Shown here: positions 26,621 through 39,600 of the stretch, one piece after another
How the letters are laid out: every line of letters starts with the position of its first letter
How positions within the stretch are numbered: position 1 is the first letter of the stretch
Assembly (NCBI GenBank): GCA_950097015.1
Contig: CATNEN010000003.1
Location: 4,526,001-4,590,000, forward strand
DNA length: 64,000 bases
From: Macrostomum hystrix
Lineage: Eukaryota; Animalia; Platyhelminthes
Direction: 5' to 3'
Notes under the pieces: model-generated
Told to the model about the DNA's origin: nothing
Seen by the model: only the letters and a program-made list of their open reading frames with translations
The model's database searches: none
Position numbers and translations under genes: made by a program

Positions 26621-26968
26621 AGAGAGAAAAGAGAAAGTATTATTTGGAAGTAGAGAGACTATAATAAAATAATAGGAGACAGTCACGTGACATTCTGATG
26701 TTTTTAATCGTTGCAGCAAACAAAGCAAAAGTTGAGGCCATGACTTGAAGACACGAAACACAAAAAGTCGAAGACGAAAAAAACTAAAAAATGACAATAT
26801 TAACAGATTAGAATTAATTAGACCTACCAGACGGCGGAACCACATCTGGGCAGTTGGTCTTTAGCCAGCCGACTAGTTTAACATCGCACTCTGAGCAGGC
26901 TCGAAGTAGTCGAGAGCACAGGGTGTACACCAGCTGATTTGTGGCCTGAAGCTTGGCCCTGAATATTT

Positions 26969-27298
26969 GAAGGGGTAATGACCGATTTTAACTATAAGGA
27001 TATAGAAGGGGTAATGACCGATTTAACTACAAGGTTTCTGAAGGGGTAATGACCGATTTAACTACAAGGTTTCAGAAGGGGTAATGACCGATTTTAACTA
27101 CAAGGTTTCAGAAGGGGTAATGACCGATTTAACTACAAGGTTTCTGAAAGGGGATAATGACCGATTTAACTACAAGGTTTCTGAAGGGGTAATGACCGAT
27201 TTTAACTACAAGGTTTCTGAAGGGGTAATGACCGATTTTAACTACAAGGTTTCTGAGGGGGTAATGACCGATTTTAACTACAAGGTTTCTGAAAGGGT
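26969..27298. repeat. 35/36-bp minisatellite (GAAGGGGTAATGACCGATTTTAACTACAAGGTTTCT), about 9 copies
   Basis: Head-to-tail copies with no spacers. Confidence 0.92.
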
Positions 27299-27319
27299 AG
27301 ATCAATCTCAATCTGCCTC

Positions 27320-27432
27320 ACTGCCAATCTGCAAATATTCCCACATCAGTGATTGGACAGGTACATTCGAACAGAACTCTGAAGGCATTGCCTGACTCCC
27401 AAAAAACCTGTCAATCGGTCTCGTCCAGTGAC
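27320..27432 (-). pseudogene. Frameshifted duplicate of the 3' end of the neighbouring C-type lectin gene
   Basis: Minus strand reads GRDRLT/FWESGNAFRVLFECTCP versus GRDRLADFWESVAASRVLCECTSP in the intact gene. Confidence 0.6.
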
Positions 27433-27718
27433 AATAATTATAAAAACTTTCTTGCCAAATTTCTACCGATGTATTTCTTGCTAGCGGTACTGCTTATTAG
27501 GAATGTTACAGTAGCCAAACGCTAAAAAAACTACCAGCTGTGTTAAAGTCATTAAAAATTGATAGATTGAATACATAGCTCCTATAACACGGTGACAGCG
27601 ACTAAAAGTTCGAACGCAATTCCCACCTTCTCTTTTATTAAAAGCAAAAAATATAATCGTTTCACGAAGATCGTCTTCAGTTTCAGCAGTCTGACCTCAC
27701 TGTCTGAGCTCATCACTG

Positions 27719-28480
27719 TCAGCCAAATGGAGAGGTGCATTCACACAGAACTCTGCTGGCTGCGACTGACTCCCAAAAGTCAGCCAATCGATCTCGCCCA
27801 AAAGATCTTCCAATCACGTTCTCATTTCCATTATTGTCTGGTTCGTGATGGTTCCAGAGACTGTCATCCAGGGTGATGTTGCAGCCGACCCAGTACCAGC
27901 CGCCTCGATTCTCGACGCTGCCAGCTGGCTGGAAGCCACCGAGCCAGATCGACTGGCCTCCAGCTTGAGCTGACCACAAACTCTCCACGTGGGTCATCTC
28001 AGCGGCATCTACAACGTCGGCCATGATCACCAGACCGCTCTCTGCCTCGCACCTCCGTCGACTCGGCCACCAATAGTCGGCGCCAGTCAGCAGCTTGTAC
28101 TTCACTCCGCACAAGTCGTCACCGTAGCCAGTCGGACACAGCGCACCTGGCTGCAGTCCCGGCTGCTGCTTCACAAACACCTGGCCTCTCCTGGAGCAGC
28201 TGCAGTCCCTCACCGACTTGCTGCACTTATCGAACACGAACAGCTGACACGGACCGTCAGCCATGGTGAAGGCCTGGCAGCGAGGATGTTTGGTGCACTG
28301 TGCACCGCAGACCATCTTGCTAGCAGCCCCCGCGAGCGTCTGCACGAACTCTGGCTTGATGCAGAGCTGACCAACAATAGCATAGAAGTTGGAAACTACA
28401 GTACCGTCTGCACTTTTGATAAGACTCAGCGTCAGCAACACGAGAACAGCAGCTCGGCAAAGCTTCAATTGCATTCTCAT
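27719..28480 (-). CDS. Secreted PAN/apple + C-type lectin domain protein, intronless
   Basis: Signal peptide MRMQLKLCRAAVLVLLTLSLIKSADG; PAN pattern CGAQC..CQAF..CQL; lectin motifs SRRRC, IWLGG, WYW, WNHHEPDN, VLCE. TATAAA at ~28545. Confidence 0.88.
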   Translation of the reverse strand: MRMQLKLCRAAVLVLLTLSLIKSADGTVVSNFYAIVGQLCIKPEFVQTLAGAASKMVCGAQCTKHPRCQAFTMADGPCQLFVFDKCSKSVRDCSCSRRGQVFVKQQPGLQPGALCPTGYGDDLCGVKYKLLTGADYWWPSRRRCEAESGLVIMADVVDAAEMTHVESLWSAQAGGQSIWLGGFQPAGSVENRGGWYWVGCNITLDDSLWNHHEPDNNGNENVIGRSFGRDRLADFWESVAASRVLCECTSPFG

Positions 28481-28999
28481 TTTGGCAAATTTTTCCGAGT
28501 CGCCGTGCAGTATCGTCAAGCTCCAGTCATGCCCTACTTAATTTATACTCAGAAAAAGTCCAATTTGTCTGATCTTATTTCCGCTAACGCAAAGTTGAAA
28601 AAGTTGCACCTTCTTTCCTCTTGCGATGAAAAATTTCTTTTTTACCCGTCGCCGCACACAACGGCTTGCAGAACTGGAGGTCCCCATCCAGTTAGACAAA
28701 TACATTTTAGCAAAGACTCTGCATGGGGCAGTGTAACTTAGACACCGTTGCCTAGGAATATTCTCTGAGCAGTCTAGGATTTTCTGCAAAGCTATGCTGC
28801 TTGCATCCGCCTTTGTTTCAATCTATAGTGCTGCTTCCGAGAATTTTTTTCATCAATCCTTTTTTCATAGGTTCTATATAGTCAGAAAGAATCGAATTAA
28901 GCAGCGCTTTCTGAGCTTAGGCTCATTGCATAGCATCTATTGTTTACATTAAGACTTTGGTTGTCACTTTTCGTATGCCAAAATATAATGCGCGAGACT

Positions 29000-29510
29000 T
29001 AATAATAATCCATAAGTATGCGCATTGGACGTTGGGGTCTAATTGTTGTGCGCCTCAGAAGCTCTTGCCGAAAGTGCAGGTCTGCACCAATTGCTCCAGT
29101 TTCTCCGACTTCACCACAGGAAATTCAATACCTTCACACCTTCGTGGAGTTGATTGAGGATTCCAGCCAGTGCCGTCCAAAAGAAACTGCCGCCCCCATC
29201 TGGGTCGCCTGATGTAGTGAGTTCGCCGCCGATAGATGTCGAGGATACCGATTAGCCGACGAACGTACTCGGCACTCTCGGATGTCAGGATGGACTGGAT
29301 GGCACTGACCTTGTCCTGAGTCGGTCGGATTCCTTTTGCTGAGGTTTTTGTGTCCCAGGTACTCGACCTCCTGGAAGCAGAAAAAACTCTTGCGCTTGTT
29401 CAACTTGAGGCCGACCGACTGAAGTCTCCCAAAGACCTCCTCGAGCGTTTACACATGTTGCTCGAAGGTCGTAATGAACAGAATCAATTCGTCTATGTTG
29501 GCGAGCACCT
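29000..29510 (-). mobile_element. Short decayed Ty3/Gypsy RT fragment
   Basis: GLKLNKRKSFFCFQEVEYLGH resembles Gypsy RT; multiple frameshifts. Confidence 0.6.
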
Positions 29511-29652
29511 CTCTCCCTGAGGCAAGCGAAATGGGTGGCTCCCGCCGCCTCCTCGCTGGCGGACTGGCAAAGAAAACACAGCTTCCTTGGTTACCTGGTC
29601 CTGGACGAAGCGGTGACGGGAGAAATAGCCCTGCCCTAATAGGGCTATACTC

Positions 29653-30242
29653 TTACTTACTTACTTACTTTGCAGGGGGGCCTGGGGCACTTGACGCACA
29701 AACACAGGAACGGCATGCCCCCAGGCCGGCGAACTAGGCGAGAGCCGCCCATCGCGCCGCCTCCCCTGAGCAGGCACCTCACACACACAGTAGCAAGCCA
29801 AGCGGGGAAGGGGGCGGCAGCCGGAGTGCCTCTCACCCCAGGCCCGCACACGCACAGAGCAGACCAAGCCGGGGCGGAAGGCTGATAGAAATCAGTCCTC
29901 AGGGGGGGGGCGGGTGACGAGTGTACACTTTATCCAATCGCGCTGACGGAAATCCAGATGAGCGCGCGGCGGTGTACACCCGCCCCCCAGCCACCCCCCG
30001 CAAGGTCTAACGCCCCAGCGCCAACGCACACAACTCACACAACGCAGAACAGGCACACAGAAAGGTAGGAGCGAAGCTATTTTTCAAGCTTTGATTGCAC
30101 GAAATATGGTGCACCTCCGCCGGTCGCTACTGTCCAACCCCCCCCAACAAGTACCGAAATTAATCGTGACCTGAAGGGTGAATCGAACTAGCGTCCTTTG
30201 GAGTGCGAGGCAGCGACGTTAGCCGCTGACCCCCCTCGCCCC
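29653..30242 (-). mobile_element. Complete tRNA-derived SINE (family C) with (TAAG)n tail and 13-bp target-site duplication
   Basis: TAGGGCTATACTC at 29640-29652 and 30243-30255. Minus-strand head GGGGCGAGGGGGGTCAGCGGCTAACG..GTTCGATTC. Tail (TTAC)4 on plus at 29653-29670. Confidence 0.85.
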
Positions 30243-31153
30243 TAGGGCTATACTCACCGCTCTGAGGTCTCTGCGATTGTACTTTAGAAGGGCTTCACTT
30301 TTTCGCATTTTCGCCGTAATGAAAGATGATCTTCCGCGAAATTGATGCCTTTTCGGCGCATCTCCGACGTGCTAGAACAGAAAGCGAGCACCTCCTTCTA
30401 AAAGAACACTGGAGTTGTGCTGGCGAGCTGGCTTCGTGTCGAAAATACCTCGCCACCATGCTGTTTTCAAGCTCAAGAGAAAGTTCTCTAAATCTGAATT
30501 AAATTTTATAAATTGTTTACTAACACTCGTATTTAGAACTTTCACATACAAAGTTAAAAAGGCTCTCAAATCAAAGAATGATTTTAAAGTACCGTACAAT
30601 ACGGTACCGTTTTGAAAAAAATGCAATCACTCAATCACTGAACTCGGAATTCTGTACGATATCTTTCAATAACTTATTAGCTTCCTGTGACTCAGTAGTG
30701 GCCTGAGAAAATGTGTCATAACTTTCATTTAACACCTCTTTTTTCGCCTAAGACTGACTCATGCATGCATGTAGTGCTAGAAACTTTGTTCAGCGAACAA
30801 ATAAATGCATTAAAAGTTTCGAGTTTTCTAATGATAGCCTACTGATAAGATATCGGTTTCTCAAGCTTCGAACACTTAAACAGGTAAGCCAAGTTATAGC
30901 TAGGGTGCTGTGAATTTGTGCAATAAGTTTACATTCTATTCACTGCCCAGTCTATGCGACTGACGTCACAGATGTACTAACTACCAAACTGCGAAATCTC
31001 TGCCAAACAGCATGCAGTGGCTTGTCAATATAAGTTTGGCAAAGTTTGTTAGGACATTGCACCTGGCTGATAGCTGTCTCCGACAATACAGATCGATAGA
31101 ATTTCTATCCACCCATCCACCTATCCACCCATTCTGTATAGGCTACAAGAAGG

Positions 31154-32072
31154 ATGAGCGAAAAGCAGCCAATTTATCCGACTAGTGACGCTCCGCCGCC
31201 TTATAGCCAGGACTCAAACGCTGGGCATAGTAACCAGAATCAGCAGCAGCAAATGGCAACTGATCCAAAGCAGTACCCGCCACCGCAGCAGTACCCGCCG
31301 CCGCAGCAGTACCCGCCACCGCATCAGTACCCGCCACCGCAGCAGTACCCACAGATGCAGCAGCCGCAGCAGTATCCCCAGCAGTACCAGCCGCAGTATC
31401 AGCCACAGTACCCTCCGCCAGCTCCGTATCCGAATCAGCGTAAGTTTGAGGATAGCTAACGCTTAAAAGAGCTCTTAATTAGAAAATCCTTTAATTCAGG
31501 CATTTTTGTGAGTAGTTTTCTTATTTTATTTTTTATTTACTAGCTCACCTTCTCATTCCTATTTTATGATTTATTTATTATAAATAATGTTCTTTCGTTA
31601 TTTAGTTTTATTTCTTGGATTTTTACTGAGTTAGTTCTTTGTTTTTTTTGTTTAATCGTATATTTAATCGTATGTCGTATATTCGATCGTATAATTTTTT
31701 TTGCTTAATTATTTTAACCATAACGTAGTAGCTAGTCGATAAAAGATTTCCATGAAACGGAAAACTGAATTCTCACTCGCTTGAATTGCAGCTCCGCCCG
31801 GCTTTGCCGCTAACTACGGGACGCCCGGTCCGCGGCCTGTTCTGCTTCAGGCCCTGCCGCAGGCCGTCACTTGTCAATACTGCCAACAGGCGGTGGTCAC
31901 CCAGCTGAGCTACGAGACTGGAATTCTCGCCTGGCTGCTGTGTGGAGCCATCTGTCTGCTAGGCGGCGTTTTCGGCTGTTGCCTGATTCCATTCTGTGTC
32001 AACGGCTGCAAAGACGTGGTCCACCGATGCCCCAACTGCGTCAAAATTCTTGGCCGATTTCAGCGGATTTAA
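31154..32072 (+). CDS. LITAF: LITAF-domain protein
   Basis: Exons 31154-31439 and 31792-32072 (phase 1, GT-AG). PPPY motif and PPQQY repeats; VTCQYC, hydrophobic segment, GCCLIPFC..KDVVHRCPNC. Exon 2 frame is absent from the ORF track. Confidence 0.92.
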
Positions 32073-33169
32073 ATTCGCGCTAAAAATGCGTTAAAAATGA
32101 TTAATTTACACAACCCGGGGCCTTTTCCTTAAAGAAGAACTTTAAAGGGCTTTAAAAATTATTTCCACTGGATAACATTCTCTTAATCTTAGACAATAAC
32201 ACTGCTCTTAAAGTCAGTGTTGACAATATATTATCCCCGATAAATTTAAATGCGCAGTCGGTGCCTTAATGGTGATTGGGCTCATTGTCACATATTTTAA
32301 TCATCCCTATCTATATTTTTATTCATTCATCGCTTTTTACAATATTTATCGTAAACGAAAGCAGATAACTGGTCCCATATGGTGATAATCACGTTTACTC
32401 CCGGACTCCCGGCTTCTAATTGCTATAAAATTATGTGAATACATGAGTCCTTTAATATTATTATATTATAGTATTTCAATAACTTTGATTGTTTGTACAA
32501 TATTATGGGTACCAATAAACAAAAGCACAAAACCTCATACAGGTCTTTTTTACTCTAATTATTTCATATCTGGCCTGTCCTTATTTTTTCACTAAGCCAA
32601 CAATGACCATCATAATCCAATTAAAACACGTTTTAGTTTTGCCAAACTATTTAGCTAATTTGTTAATTCAAACAATTTAGACCAAATTAAGAATATTTAG
32701 CTATCATATTTTGAGCCATTAAATGTGCTAATCTATAGTCTATATAGATTCAAGACACTATTATATAATATATATATGTGAAAATAAGACTTTTATAAAC
32801 AAAGCTATATAAAAACAATGGAGCTTAATGTTGGGCATGCTGTTCTAAGATAAACAGATTTTTACTTGCTCCAGATCAAAAGCAATAATTGATTTTGTGC
32901 TGAAAAAAATGACTTTTTCCTATCTCCGCAGTGTATTTTTTTTCCAGGAAATCGGCCTTCTAAATATTTACACGATCTTTGTGTTTCCCGTCCTGTTATA
33001 CTACAGTGGTGCTTGAAAAAAACACACACACGTCTTTGAAGGCCTTTCAAATTCGCGCCGAGGAACGCACAGCTGCGATAACGAGCTTCTAAAATAGACG
33101 TTGCACAAAACGCAAGCCGGAGAAGAAAAGCAGAGAGAATAATAAAATAAGCTTTGACAATGATGTTAA

Positions 33170-33470
33170 TACTAATTGCAGGAGGGCTGAGCACTAGCAC
33201 AACATTTGGTGGCAGATGCATGGTTCCGGAGGCTATTCTGTCCATTTCGCTGATTTTTGAGCACACGCGCACACAGATACTGTTCGCAGGCATACACACA
33301 CAGGTGTGTACATCTGCCCTGACTTTCTCATCGTCATCGTCTGTGCCTTGAAGGTTGGCCCTCAAGGGCGTCTATTGCCCGTCTGCGCCCTGAATAATGA
33401 ATGTCGCCAAATCGAGTTTGCACGGACCTTGGTGCGCGAGTCAAACGCTTTAACCGCTCTGCCACTCACT
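33170..33470 (-). mobile_element. tRNA-derived SINE family A, diverged copy
   Basis: Aligns by eye with 51375-51743 (GTGGCAGAGCGGTTAA head, GACGATGAGAAAGTCAGGGCAGATGTACAC body). Confidence 0.8.
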
Positions 33471-33655
33471 GCCAGGTTTGACAATAGGAAATCTTTTAAA
33501 CGGAATAATAATAAGGGAAGGAAACAGAATGCTTGAAAAGAACATTCAAAACATATGCGTCAAGGCACTAATAAATAATAAAATTTGACCACTGGAGATT
33601 TTTTTGTAACCGAAATAAGGCAAAAATGCTAGGGAAACAGAAATAAACCTATGAT

Positions 33656-36600
33656 CTAATTTTCTGCTCTCCCACGCCTGAATCTACTTACTATACTATA
33701 AATTGTGATGAAACAGAAGAAATATAAAAATATACAGAAAACTGCAGTAAGTGCCGCCACGGTGCCGCCACTTTCATATATATAAGCATTGCTGGTGGCA
33801 GTTTTTGGCATTTCCTCTCTTAAACGGCTGCAGTACTCGCTAGCAGCCTCCGAACTGCAGCCGCAGCCAACATTTCGATGACCCGGCTGCCTCACCCCAA
33901 GCAGAGCACTGAACGGCTCCTCCAGGTCCGGGCAGAGAGTCACCTTGAGCTGATCGGGTCCAGTGTGTTGCACTTGAAGATAAACACAGCGATCGTTAAA
34001 TTCAGTGGACCATTGTTCCATTTTGGCCGGCCTGTGGGGAAAGGTGAGAGTAAGGTGCTCAGTGACTCGGTCGCGTGTGTCGCGAATAAGGTATCTAATA
34101 ATACTGATACTGATAACAGATAACACCTGCACTATTTTGGGCCCGATGTGCAGCAGACAACACAGCCGCAGCTATTGCGCACCTCATCTGAAGGCTGCCT
34201 ACGGCTGTTCAGTCCATGGACTGGGGGGACGCCACACCTACCCACAATGACCCCAGCTAATGCCGGTACCTATTTAACAGCTGGGTGAACTGAAGCAATA
34301 CAGAGTTAAGTGTCTTGCTAAGGACGCAAATTTATCCAGAGGGGACAGGAATCGAAATGTCGACCTTCAAGTCGAGTCCAACGCTCTTGCTAACGACTAG
34401 GCTACAACAATGCCTCAGTCCTTGGAAAGTATAATTGTTACAAGCTAGCAGAAATTATTCATAATATAAAAGGTCTAACATCCTGAGCTCGCAATCATTT
34501 AAACAAAAGAAACCATCGGGGCTAACCGTCTGGAGATCGAATCGCTGAAATCGAACTCATTCCAGAGGCAATCGCTTGAATTGTTGCCCAAGCAGTGGCA
34601 GTGAATCAAGCTGTCAATATTGTAGTTGCAAGCAAGCAGGCCGATCAATAATGGTCTGCTCAAATTCCATCTCAGATTTGAGACACTACGAACTGAAAGG
34701 TGAATTGAATGTTTTTTAACCTCTTAACCTTGCTTAAGATTTTTTAAGTGAATTTCATTGGCTCTGGTGAGTCACGTGCTTCGAGGTTGGATGGATTCGC
34801 GCAAGCCGTCGTCGCAACGTCGCAAGCGCAGGGGAAGGCATGTGAACGTACAACGGGAACTCGTGCGCAGTGAGTTGCAAGCGTACAGTGCCCAAGAGTC
34901 AGTAAGTGCCCCCCACACTGAGTGCAAGTGCAAGCAGACAGGACACAGTTAGTTTTGTGCAGTCAAAGTTCCCGGCCAGGCGTGCAGACTGAGGGTCTGC
35001 AGCCCAGGCCATCACATCTCCCCACTTAGGCTAGTGCTCAGCCGAGTCGGAGTCGATCCGGAGGTGCCCGGCTGCGCTGCGCGTACCGTCGAGCCGGTGA
35101 GTCCGCCGCCAGCATCTCAGCGCTGCCGTCAACCGTCTGGGGCATCGGTTGTCCGTCGCCTGTCGTCCGATGGGGCACCAGGCTGGGTCATGGTTGCGTT
35201 GACATCGGCCGCGCTCACTGGCGTGGCGGAGGCCGTCGGGTGTGGTGGTGGGCCACCGATGCCGCCTGCCGGCAGTGACAGTAGTTGATCGGCGTGCCGC
35301 CGCATGAGAATGCCGCCAGCGCTGACTGCGCAGTTCCGGGCTCCAGCAGACTCGACTGTGCCCTCTTGCCAGCGGTTGCTAGCCGCAGTGCTGTAGTCTC
35401 GCAACAGCACTCGGTCTCCGGATTGGAATGTCCGAGCTGGCCTGGACGTCTGCTCGAGTGCTGACTTCTGCTGTCGGTGACGGTCGCCGATGAACGATAG
35501 CACCAGCAGGTCCAGCCGTGATCGCAGTCTGCGCCCGATGAGTAACTGGCTCGGAGCAGCGCCTGTGGCTGAATGCGGCGTGTTGCGATAGGCTAGCAGA
35601 AACTGCTGCAGGGCTTTCTCGGACAATCCGGATTTCTTAAGATGCTGCTTCAGCACTTTGACGAACCGCTCAGCTTGTCCATTCGTTGCGGGATGAAGCG
35701 GTGCCGAAGTGACATGCTCGATGCCGTTGAGAGGTAGGAATTCGGTGAATTCCGCCGATGTGAACTGCGCGCATCGACACTGCGCGTCCGACACCAGCGT
35801 CCGTGGTAGGCCCTGATGCGCGAAGATCTCGCGAAGGCAGGCGATCGTCCCGGCTGACGTAGTGCTAGAAAGCTGCTTCACCCCCGGCCACTTGCTGTGC
35901 GCATCGATGAGCACCAGGAAAGTGCGTCCGTCCACTGGCCCGGCAAAGTCGATGTGCAGCCTCGCCCATGGCTCCGAAGGGAAGGGCCACGGATGCACTG
36001 GCGCCTTGGGCGGATCGGCTTGGTTGAGCCGGCAGGTGTGGCCTGCCTTGACCGCATTCTCTACGTCCTTGTCCAGGCCGGGCCACCACACGTAGCTGCG
36101 AGCGAGCGCTCGCATGCGGCTGGCGCCTGGGTGAGCTTGGGGCAGTTTGCCAAGGACCCTCTGCCGGAGGGCGTGTAGCACGATAACCCTGGAGTCCCAA
36201 AGCAGACAGCCCTACTCGATGGAGAGCTCGTGCTCCCGTCCAGCGAACGCTTCGAGACCTTCAGCGGCAGGAATTCCGGTGCCTGACTGCAGACAGAGCA
36301 GCACATTCCCGAGCTGAGCATCAATCGGAGTTTTCTGCGATATGACCATCGCAGTTAGTACCGAGCCGACCTTCTCGTCGATGAGAAGGGAGTTCATGGC
36401 CGGCTCTTCGATCCGATCATCGATCATCGAGTGGAAGGCGAGAGAGAGTCGCAGTTGCCGTGCCGTGCTGTCGGTCGGAACTCCAGCGTGTACTCGTAGC
36501 TGGAAAGCCGAATCGCCCAGCGCTGCATGCGGGCTGTAGCGTGTGCGCGAAAGGCCTTGCGCTCTCCCAGAAGACCGAGGAGTGGCTGATGGTCGATGAG

Positions 36601-39600
36601 AATGACGAACTGCCTCCCGTACAGAAACTGGTTAAATCTGTGCAGCCCGAACATGATGGCGAGTGCTTCTTTGTCGAGCTGCGAATAGTTGCGCTGTGCA
36701 GGCGTCAAGCTGCGCCTTGCGAAGGCGATCGCCTGTTCTTGACCGCCTGACCTATGCGACAACACCATTCCCAGTCCGTATAGCGAGGCGTCACACTCAA
36801 GGTAGAGTGGGAGTGTTGGGTTGTAGTGCACGAGCGCGCCCGAAGAAAGCAGCAATGCCTTGGACTCTTGGAAAGCATTTTGCTGTGTTCTGCCCCAGGA
36901 CCACTTGGTGTTCTTGGTCAGCAGCTGGTTCAGCGGCGCCACCACGGTGGACAGGTGCGGCATGAACTTTGCATAGTGGGTCAGCATGCCGAGGTGGGCG
37001 CGCAGCTGACTGACTTCTTTCGGAGAGGGTGCCTTCTGCACGGCGTTGACCTTGTCCGGCAGGGGTTTCAGGCCTTGTGCATCGATCCGGTGACCTAGGT
37101 ACTCCACGGAGTCCTGGAAGAGCAGACACTTGGCCCTGTTCAGTCGACGGCCAGCATCCCGAAGACGCTGCAGCACACTGCTCAGGTTCTGCCTGTGCTG
37201 CGCCAGAGTCTTGCCGGTGATGAGAATGTCGTCAATGAATACCTGAATTCCGTCCAGGTCGCCCAGAAGCGTCTCCAGCCTGCGCTGGAAGATGGCACTG
37301 GCTGAGTTGATGCCGAATGGCAGTCGGTTGAGCACGTAAAAAAGACCTCTAAGTGTGCTGATAACCAGGTAGTCGCGGCTGTCCTTGGACAGCGGCAGCT
37401 GCAGGAAAGCATTGGACAAGTCGAGCTTCGACCATAGACAGCCTCCACCGAGCTTGGCGAAGATGTCCTCAATGTGAGGAAGCGGCTAGTGCTCAGCTTT
37501 GGCCGCGGCGTTGAATGTCACCTTGTAATCACCGCAGATGCGAGCATCGCCACTGGCCTTCACAACGTGGACGATGGGAACTGCCCAGTCGGAGTGCTTG
37601 ACCGGCTGGATGATGCCCTCAGCTTCTAGGCACTTCAGCTCCTCGTCCACCCGCTCCCTCAACGCATACAGCACTGGCCTGGCCTTGAAGAACCGTGGCG
37701 TTGCCTGCTCGTCCACCTGCAGCTTAACTTCGCAGTGGCTATAGCATCCGAGTCCTTGGCGAAAACCACCGAGAACTGCTACATCAGGTCTGTGGTGCCC
37801 GTGCTGGCGCTGATCGAGTTGACTTGGGCCACGACGTTGTGCCAGTCCAGTCGTAGTCTCGCAATCCAGTCTCGTCCCAGGAGAGCGACATTGACCTGGG
37901 AGACCACAAGGAGCGGAAGAATTTCCGTCTGACTGTTGTGGTTCTCCGTGACTTTGGCTGCACCCAGCGGCTTAAACTACTCGTTGGTGTATGTGCGCAA
38001 AACCATCGATGTAGGCTGTAAGCGCAGTCCTGGCAGCCTCTCGTCCACCATCTTCTTTGGGATCAGCGTGACAGCTGACCCGGTGTCCAGCTCGAACGGA
38101 CATTCGCGACCATCCACCACCAGAGTGGCCGTCAGCGATCGGTGAGACCGAGGTCCAACATAGAGAATGGAGCCTTGCATGTCCGGTTCTGATGACGATG
38201 ATGAAGCAGCGTCCACCTTCTTGACCTTGGCAGATCCGCAGACCTTCTTGATGTGCCCGATCTTGCCGCAAGTGTGGCATCTGGCGTCGCGAAACTTGCA
38301 GCTCTGCTGGTCATGCCGGCCTCCACACCCGGCGCATGGCTGCTGCTACTGCTGCGAGGTCGGACGGTATGTGGCTTGTTTCGGTCGTTCGTGCGGACGG
38401 AATTTGCCGTTGCCCGCGTCCTTACTGATGGCAGCGACGGTGCCGGATGTTCTAGGTGCGATTTCACTCGCGTATCGCTGTGCAGCCTCCATCGCCGACA
38501 CGGTTGTCACCATTGAAGCGTACGTCAGCTTCGGGTCCTCGAGCAGTTTGGACCGAAAGGCATCGTTCCGGAGACCGAAGACGGCTTGGTCCCGGAGACT
38601 CTCCTCCAGCGCAGCGCCGAATTTGCAGTGAAGCGTTGCGGCTTTTTAGCCCCGCCAGGAAAGAAGCAAAGTCCTCTCCCGGCAGCTGCACTCGTTGTTG
38701 GAATTTGAATCGGGCTGCGATTTCAGACGGAGCAGGAGCGAAGTGAGCTTGCAGGGTATTCGTAAGCTGGGCATATGACTTGCTGGCCACCGTCTCTGGC
38801 TGGCAGAGATTGCGAAGCACTGTGTAAGCAGCTTCCCCGATGGCGGTGCTGAGTGTGGCCACTTTGGCGGCTTCCTCCGTGATCTTGGCGCATGCGAAAT
38901 ACTGTTCCAGCCTCTCGATGTAGACGTCGAAGTCTAAGTCCTTGGACAGTTCCGGGATGCGGCCAAATGCAGAACTCATCGCCATTGTAATGACTTGTGC
39001 TTGATGTCAAAACGAACTCCAATTCCAAGTTTCTCGGCTCTCGCTGGGAGCGGACAGAAAAGCGCAGGGGAAGGCATGTGAACGCACAACGGGAACTCGG
39101 TGTGCAGTGAGTTGGGAAGCGTACAGTGTCCAAGAGTCAGTCAGCGCCACCCCCACACTGAGTGCAAGTGCAAGCAGACAGGACACAGTTAGTTTTGTGC
39201 AGTCAAAGTTCCCGGCCAGGCGTGCAGACTGAGGGTCTGCAGCCAAGGCCATCAAAGTAAGTTACAATGAATCCACTCACAGTCCTTTACAAACTGGTTC
39301 ACACTGTCTCTGCTGCTAAAGTGCGCCAGTCCCAGGCCGCAATTGGCCCTAGTAACAGCGTATCTTCGCCAATCAACATGTTGCATTGAAATCACTGCAT
39401 AGCAACTCGACCCGCTCATCAGCCAATGTCCACAGAATCCGTCTCTGAGAACAAACACTCGCAGGCTCATTGTATAAAGTGAAGTCCTCGATTCGTAGGA
39501 CTGCGAGACAGTGGCAGTGAGTTTCAAACTGTCACCACTGAAAACAGATTGGTTTTAGGGGGTAGTCAGCATTTTCAAAGCTTCACTACCAGACGCAACA

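Noticed and set aside
26969-27298. 36-bp repeats (and the 32-bp array at 52377) of CRISPR-like length
   Set aside because: Head-to-tail units with no unique spacers, no cas genes, and a eukaryotic context.
29530-29625. HDV-like ribozyme (CCTCCTCGCTGG loop, CTCCCG/CGGGAG pairing)
   Set aside because: No convincing P1 helix or catalytic C in J4/2; the motif is better explained by the LINE/SINE 3' stem-loop, whose other copies lack the P2 pairing.
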